A stretch of 64,000 bases of DNA from Clostridiales bacterium (lineage in GTDB: Bacteria > Bacillota > Clostridia > Christensenellales > UBA1242): positions 13,405 through 77,404 of the forward strand of contig SVHI01000004.1 of NCBI GenBank assembly GCA_015055905.1, given 5' to 3'. A program made the translations under genes and the position numbers. Under the pieces are notes generated by a model. That model did no database searches. It worked only from the letters and a program-made list of their open reading frames with translations, and was not told the DNA's origin. This document shows positions 60,803 through 64,000 of the stretch, in pieces; position 1 is the stretch's first letter; each line of letters opens with the position of its first letter.

Positions 60803-61495
60803 ATGGCTTCAAAATTAATTAGAATTTCACCATCAATACTTTGTATTGACTACAACAATGATGATGTTTTAAAGGTCGCTCTTCGCGACATTGAAAAAGC
60901 GGGCGCAAATATGGTTCACCTTGATGTTATGGACGGAAAATTTGTGCCAAATAAAACATTTGACCACAAACTCGTTAACAAGATTCAAGATATGACTAGT
61001 TTGATGCTAGATGTGCATTTAATGGTTAAAAACCCTGAAAATGTTATTGCTGACTATGCAGAGGCTGGCGCTGACATTATCACTGTTCACTATGAGGCTT
61101 GCAAAGACCCTATAAAGGTTCTTAAAATGATTAAAGACAAAAATGTTTTGGCGGGAATTTCAATCTCTCCACAAACCCCAGCATTAAAACTCAGCGACAT
61201 TTTAAAAACTGGGCTTGTTGACGTTGTTTTAGTTATGGGCGTAAACCCAGGCGCAAGCGGTCAAACAATCATTCCTGGTTCTGCTGAAAAGGTTGCAGAA
61301 ATTAGAGATATGGACAAGAAAGTCTATATTGAAATTGATGGCGGTGTAACCCTTAAAAACTCTTCAATTTTAAGAAGAATGGGCGCAAACATCATTGTAA
61401 GTTCAAAGGCTATTTTTGAAGCAAAAAATATGAGAAAAGCAATCAAAACCTTAAAAGGTGGCGGCTTTATCAATAAACTTTTCAAAGATATTTAG
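60803..61495 (+). CDS. rpe: Ribulose-phosphate 3-epimerase
   Basis: PSILCIDY, HLDVMDGKFVPN, DVHLMV, VNPGASGQ and IEIDGG. Confidence 0.93.
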   Translation: MASKLIRISPSILCIDYNNDDVLKVALRDIEKAGANMVHLDVMDGKFVPNKTFDHKLVNKIQDMTSLMLDVHLMVKNPENVIADYAEAGADIITVHYEACKDPIKVLKMIKDKNVLAGISISPQTPALKLSDILKTGLVDVVLVMGVNPGASGQTIIPGSAEKVAEIRDMDKKVYIEIDGGVTLKNSSILRRMGANIIVSSKAIFEAKNMRKAIKTLKGGGFINKLFKDI

Positions 61496-61547
61496 TTTTA
61501 ACACATTTTGATGCCAGTCATATAATGCAGTATTGGAGGTCAAAGTT

Positions 61548-61628
61548 ATGACAATCGTATGCATTAAAGCACCAAAATTCATCAGTGGAATTTTAAAACT
61601 ATTTGTAAAGAAACAAAAACAAAACTAA
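61548..61628 (+). CDS. spoVM: Stage V sporulation protein M (26-aa amphipathic peptide), not in the ORF track
   Basis: GGAGG RBS 7 nt upstream. MTIVCIKAPKFISGILKLFVKKQKQN compares with B. subtilis SpoVM MKFYTIKLPKFLGGIVRAMLGSFRKD: same length, shared IK-x-PKF-x-x-GI core. It lies downstream of rpe, as spoVM does in B. subtilis. A terminator follows. Confidence 0.75.
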   Translation: MTIVCIKAPKFISGILKLFVKKQKQN

Positions 61629-61652
61629 AACAGGGCTAAGGCCCTGTTTTTT
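61627..61652 (+). terminator. Rho-independent terminator of spoVM
   Basis: CAGGGC-taag-GCCCTG followed by T6. Confidence 0.85.
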
Positions 61653-61664
61653 CTTTGGTTTATA

Positions 61665-61693
61665 TTGAACTGAGAATAATTTTATGATATAAT
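61665..61693 (+). promoter_or_regulatory. Sigma-A promoter with an extended -10
   Basis: TTGAAC (61665-61670), a 17-nt spacer ending in TGa, then TATAAT (61688-61693). Confidence 0.65.
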
Positions 61694-61723
61694 ATAATTA
61701 GAATTATGTGGAGGTAAAAGACT

Positions 61724-63256
61724 ATGCCATTAATGCCAACAACAGGTGAATATAAAAAATTATTTGCATCTTCTTACAGGTCAGACATATTGCCAAGAGC
61801 AACAGCAGTTGACCTTGTTCAAGTTGGTCAAAATTCACTCTTCAGGCTTGATTCAGCACGTTCATTTCCTGTGAACTTGCCAGATTCTTCATTGCTTTAT
61901 AACAACGAAAAATCAAGCAATGTTGATAGAATTGGTATCCCTAAAAAGGAAATCATTGACGGGGTAGAAAGAACCGTTTATGAATCATTTTATTTCAAGC
62001 CTTATTCATCTCCATTTGTTTTATATGACAAAATGGTTTCTTCATCACTTTTAGGTATGCACGCAGTGCCACACGAACCTTATGGCGTTATTCACGACGG
62101 CAGACTCGGCATTATCACAGCAGACCTCACAAACCTTAGAAATGCTGAAACAAAACAACCAGTTAGGTCTGTTAGATTTGATATTTTGTTAAATGCACTT
62201 GGCTACGCTCCAGACACCTTGACATTTATGGATTTGCAAAACATCTTCTATGACGAAGAACTTGCAAAAATAATGGATAGACGTGCTTTTGTTCAGTGTG
62301 CACTTGGAAACTTTTTCCTTGCAAACGCATTTGGCGAAACCGACTCAAACTCAAGAAACCTTATTTTGCTTGAAAACCAAAACGCTGAGCCTATGGACGA
62401 GCACTTAGCGAAAATGTTGTTTGGTGATGTTAGTCCAGTTCCAAGAAAATTTGGTTTTGCAGTTAGAATTGACGCTGACGAAAACACCCACGACACAGCA
62501 AAACGCAATGAAAGGTCAGGCAACAGAATCGTTGGAAGAAGTATACTTTTCCCAAATGAAAGTGTTGACTCACCAATGAAACTTTCTCGTGATGACAGAG
62601 AAATCTTGCTTGAATATAGCCAAAATCCTGAATTTGTTATTGAGGGCTCATTCATTCCACCAGACGGAATGACCGAAAAAGAATACCTCGACCAAATTGC
62701 CGAAGATGGTGTTAGAATTAAAAAAGCTAAACAAATCTTTGAAAAACAAGTGCTTGAGGCTCACCCTGAACTTGCTGGTCACCCTATGGAAATTGACCAC
62801 GCAGTCGAAGCGCTTATGACCAAACACAATGTTTACGCAAGAAAAAAGAGTTTCCTTCAATTAATTGCTGAAAGAAACCCTAACATTGACTGGAACTTGT
62901 TCACTGAACTTTTTGGCATTGCCGACAAATGCGTAAACGAAACAATTATGCGTTTTCCTGTTGACTCAATGTATTACAGACAATCAAGAATCATTTCAAA
63001 TAGCGGACAGCCAAGCAGATATCAACTCTCACAAGACGCCTATGACGATTTTGGTCTCTCAACCTTGAAACGTGCTGAAAACTATCTCAGTTTAGTTTCA
63101 AATTCTCTTAAACACTACGGCGTTGAATCAAGCAATCGCTTGGGCAGGCTTGACGCTCCTGCAAGACCAACAAAACTTGAGCCAATGTCTGTTGATGAAA
63201 GGGGAAATGCAATAGTTCCAAAAAGTTCAAATCCAACAGAACTTGGTGAACAATAA
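61724..63256 (+). CDS. Uncharacterised 510-aa protein with a HipA/PI3K-PI4K-like catalytic-loop string
   Basis: GGAGG RBS. GETDSNSRNLILLE (aa 204-217) fits the G-x-x-D-x-x-x-x-N-hydrophobic spacing of GNTDDHLKN (HipA) and GLGDRHNDN (PI3K). IDAD lies about 45 aa downstream. No other motif recognised. Confidence 0.6.
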   Translation: MPLMPTTGEYKKLFASSYRSDILPRATAVDLVQVGQNSLFRLDSARSFPVNLPDSSLLYNNEKSSNVDRIGIPKKEIIDGVERTVYESFYFKPYSSPFVLYDKMVSSSLLGMHAVPHEPYGVIHDGRLGIITADLTNLRNAETKQPVRSVRFDILLNALGYAPDTLTFMDLQNIFYDEELAKIMDRRAFVQCALGNFFLANAFGETDSNSRNLILLENQNAEPMDEHLAKMLFGDVSPVPRKFGFAVRIDADENTHDTAKRNERSGNRIVGRSILFPNESVDSPMKLSRDDREILLEYSQNPEFVIEGSFIPPDGMTEKEYLDQIAEDGVRIKKAKQIFEKQVLEAHPELAGHPMEIDHAVEALMTKHNVYARKKSFLQLIAERNPNIDWNLFTELFGIADKCVNETIMRFPVDSMYYRQSRIISNSGQPSRYQLSQDAYDDFGLSTLKRAENYLSLVSNSLKHYGVESSNRLGRLDAPARPTKLEPMSVDERGNAIVPKSSNPTELGEQ

Positions 63257-63327
63257 TGTTATTTTATTATAACCAAAACACTCAAAATTTTAATTTGTGA
63301 TTAAATTATTTTTTAATAACAATTATA

Positions 63328-63356
63328 TTGACATAAAAAGGCTTTTTTTGTATAAT
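63328..63356 (+). promoter_or_regulatory. Consensus sigma-A promoter
   Basis: TTGACA (63328-63333), a 17-nt spacer, then TATAAT (63351-63356). Confidence 0.7.
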
Positions 63357-63401
63357 ATTATTATACTATGTGGCCTGAAATCTTAAATTTGGAGGTATAT
63401 T

Positions 63402-64000
63402 ATGCAAATTCAACAACCAAATAAATGTAGAAATGGAAGATATAGATTTGACGACGAAATCAAGATTAACAACACTGACTCTATGTCAAAGTTTGAGGAA
63501 GATGAATATCCATCAGAAAACCTTGAAAACCATCTCATTCGTGCTATTGTTGAAAGAAATGACGCTTATGGTGTGCCATCAACACTCACTCTTAAGTTCA
63601 AACTTAGCCAAAACGAAATTTTCACAACAATGCAAATTAAAATCTTACCAAGCGTAATCAATGCCCAAAAAGATGATTCTAAGGCCGTTTCTGATTATGT
63701 TCATTTCCAAACACACGAAGACGTTCAAGAACAAACCAGAAGTCTCAAAAAGTCAAATCCAGCGGCTTACAACCAAGCTGTTCAAGAAAATGTTCAAAGT
63801 ATTGTTGACTACATCAAAAGAGAACTTGCTATTAAATACTTGCTCATTAAAAGGTCAAGTTACCACAACGCTCACGACAGAGCAGTGATGAAATATTTAG
63901 AAAACCTTTCAATTTTGAGAGAGTATGAACTTGATAAGATTGCTCCTCAGTCAATCAAGGCTAAAAAACTTGTTGATATGAGTTATATTGAAGAGCCAGA
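63402..64000 (+). CDS. Uncharacterised protein, N-terminal about 199 codons; the ORF runs off the right window edge and is not in the ORF track
   Basis: GGAGG RBS 7 nt before ATG 63402. Hand translation MQIQQPNKCRNGRYRFDDEIKINNTDSMSKFEEDEYPSENLENHLIRAIVERNDAYGVPSTL... is open to position 64000. The two listed ORFs at 63433 and 63661 are in another frame. Confidence 0.7.
   Translation, partial: MQIQQPNKCRNGRYRFDDEIKINNTDSMSKFEEDEYPSENLENHLIRAIVERNDAYGVPSTLTLKFKLSQNEIFTTMQIKILPSVINAQKDDSKAVSDYVHFQTHEDVQEQTRSLKKSNPAAYNQAVQENVQSIVDYIKRELAIKYLLIKRSSYHNAHDRAVMKYLENLSILREYELDKIAPQSIKAKKLVDMSYIEEP

Overview
This is a chromosomal fragment from a low-GC, endospore-lineage Firmicute. It looks Clostridia-like: it has an E. 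coli-type (type A) RNase P RNA, an intact pro-sigma-K-like gene, a 26-codon spoVM, and the synteny blocks lepA-hemW-hrcA-grpE-dnaK-dnaJ and rpoZ-priA-def-fmt-rlmN-rpe. The code is standard (TAA, TAG and TGA all end well-supported genes). The window has three parts. (1) Positions 1-13551 are one uninterrupted minus-strand ORF of at least 4,517 codons with an N-terminal lipoprotein signal. It is missing from the supplied ORF track because it runs off the left edge, and the short minus-strand ORFs listed there are out-of-frame shadows. It encodes a giant, Tyr/Asn/Thr-rich, apparently beta-rich surface protein that I cannot assign to a family. (2) Positions about 13.95-27.44 kb hold a phage-derived island. 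It carries a sigma-region-4-like regulator, an antisense SH3b membrane protein, large terminase, portal, scaffold and major capsid. It also has a very AT-rich, translationally coupled operon of unknown proteins (one with a P2 gpH-like tail-fibre N-terminus) and a holin-like gene. I see no integrase, repressor, replication, tape-measure, tube or endolysin genes, so it may be a domesticated or GTA-like particle cluster, a satellite, or a remnant. (3) Positions 27.5-64 kb are housekeeping genes (rnj, trmR/U32 pair, sigK, rnpB, rarA, helD, lepA, the heat-shock operon with CIRCE, rsmE, mtaB, rpsU, pcrA, ligA, rpoZ, priA, def, fmt, rlmN, rpe). The window ends with two uncharacterised genes, each behind a consensus promoter: a 510-aa protein with a HipA/PI3K-like catalytic-loop string, and a partial ORF also missing from the track. 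I saw no rRNA, tRNA or CRISPR array. All calls come from reading the sequence and remembered family motifs; no database search was possible.
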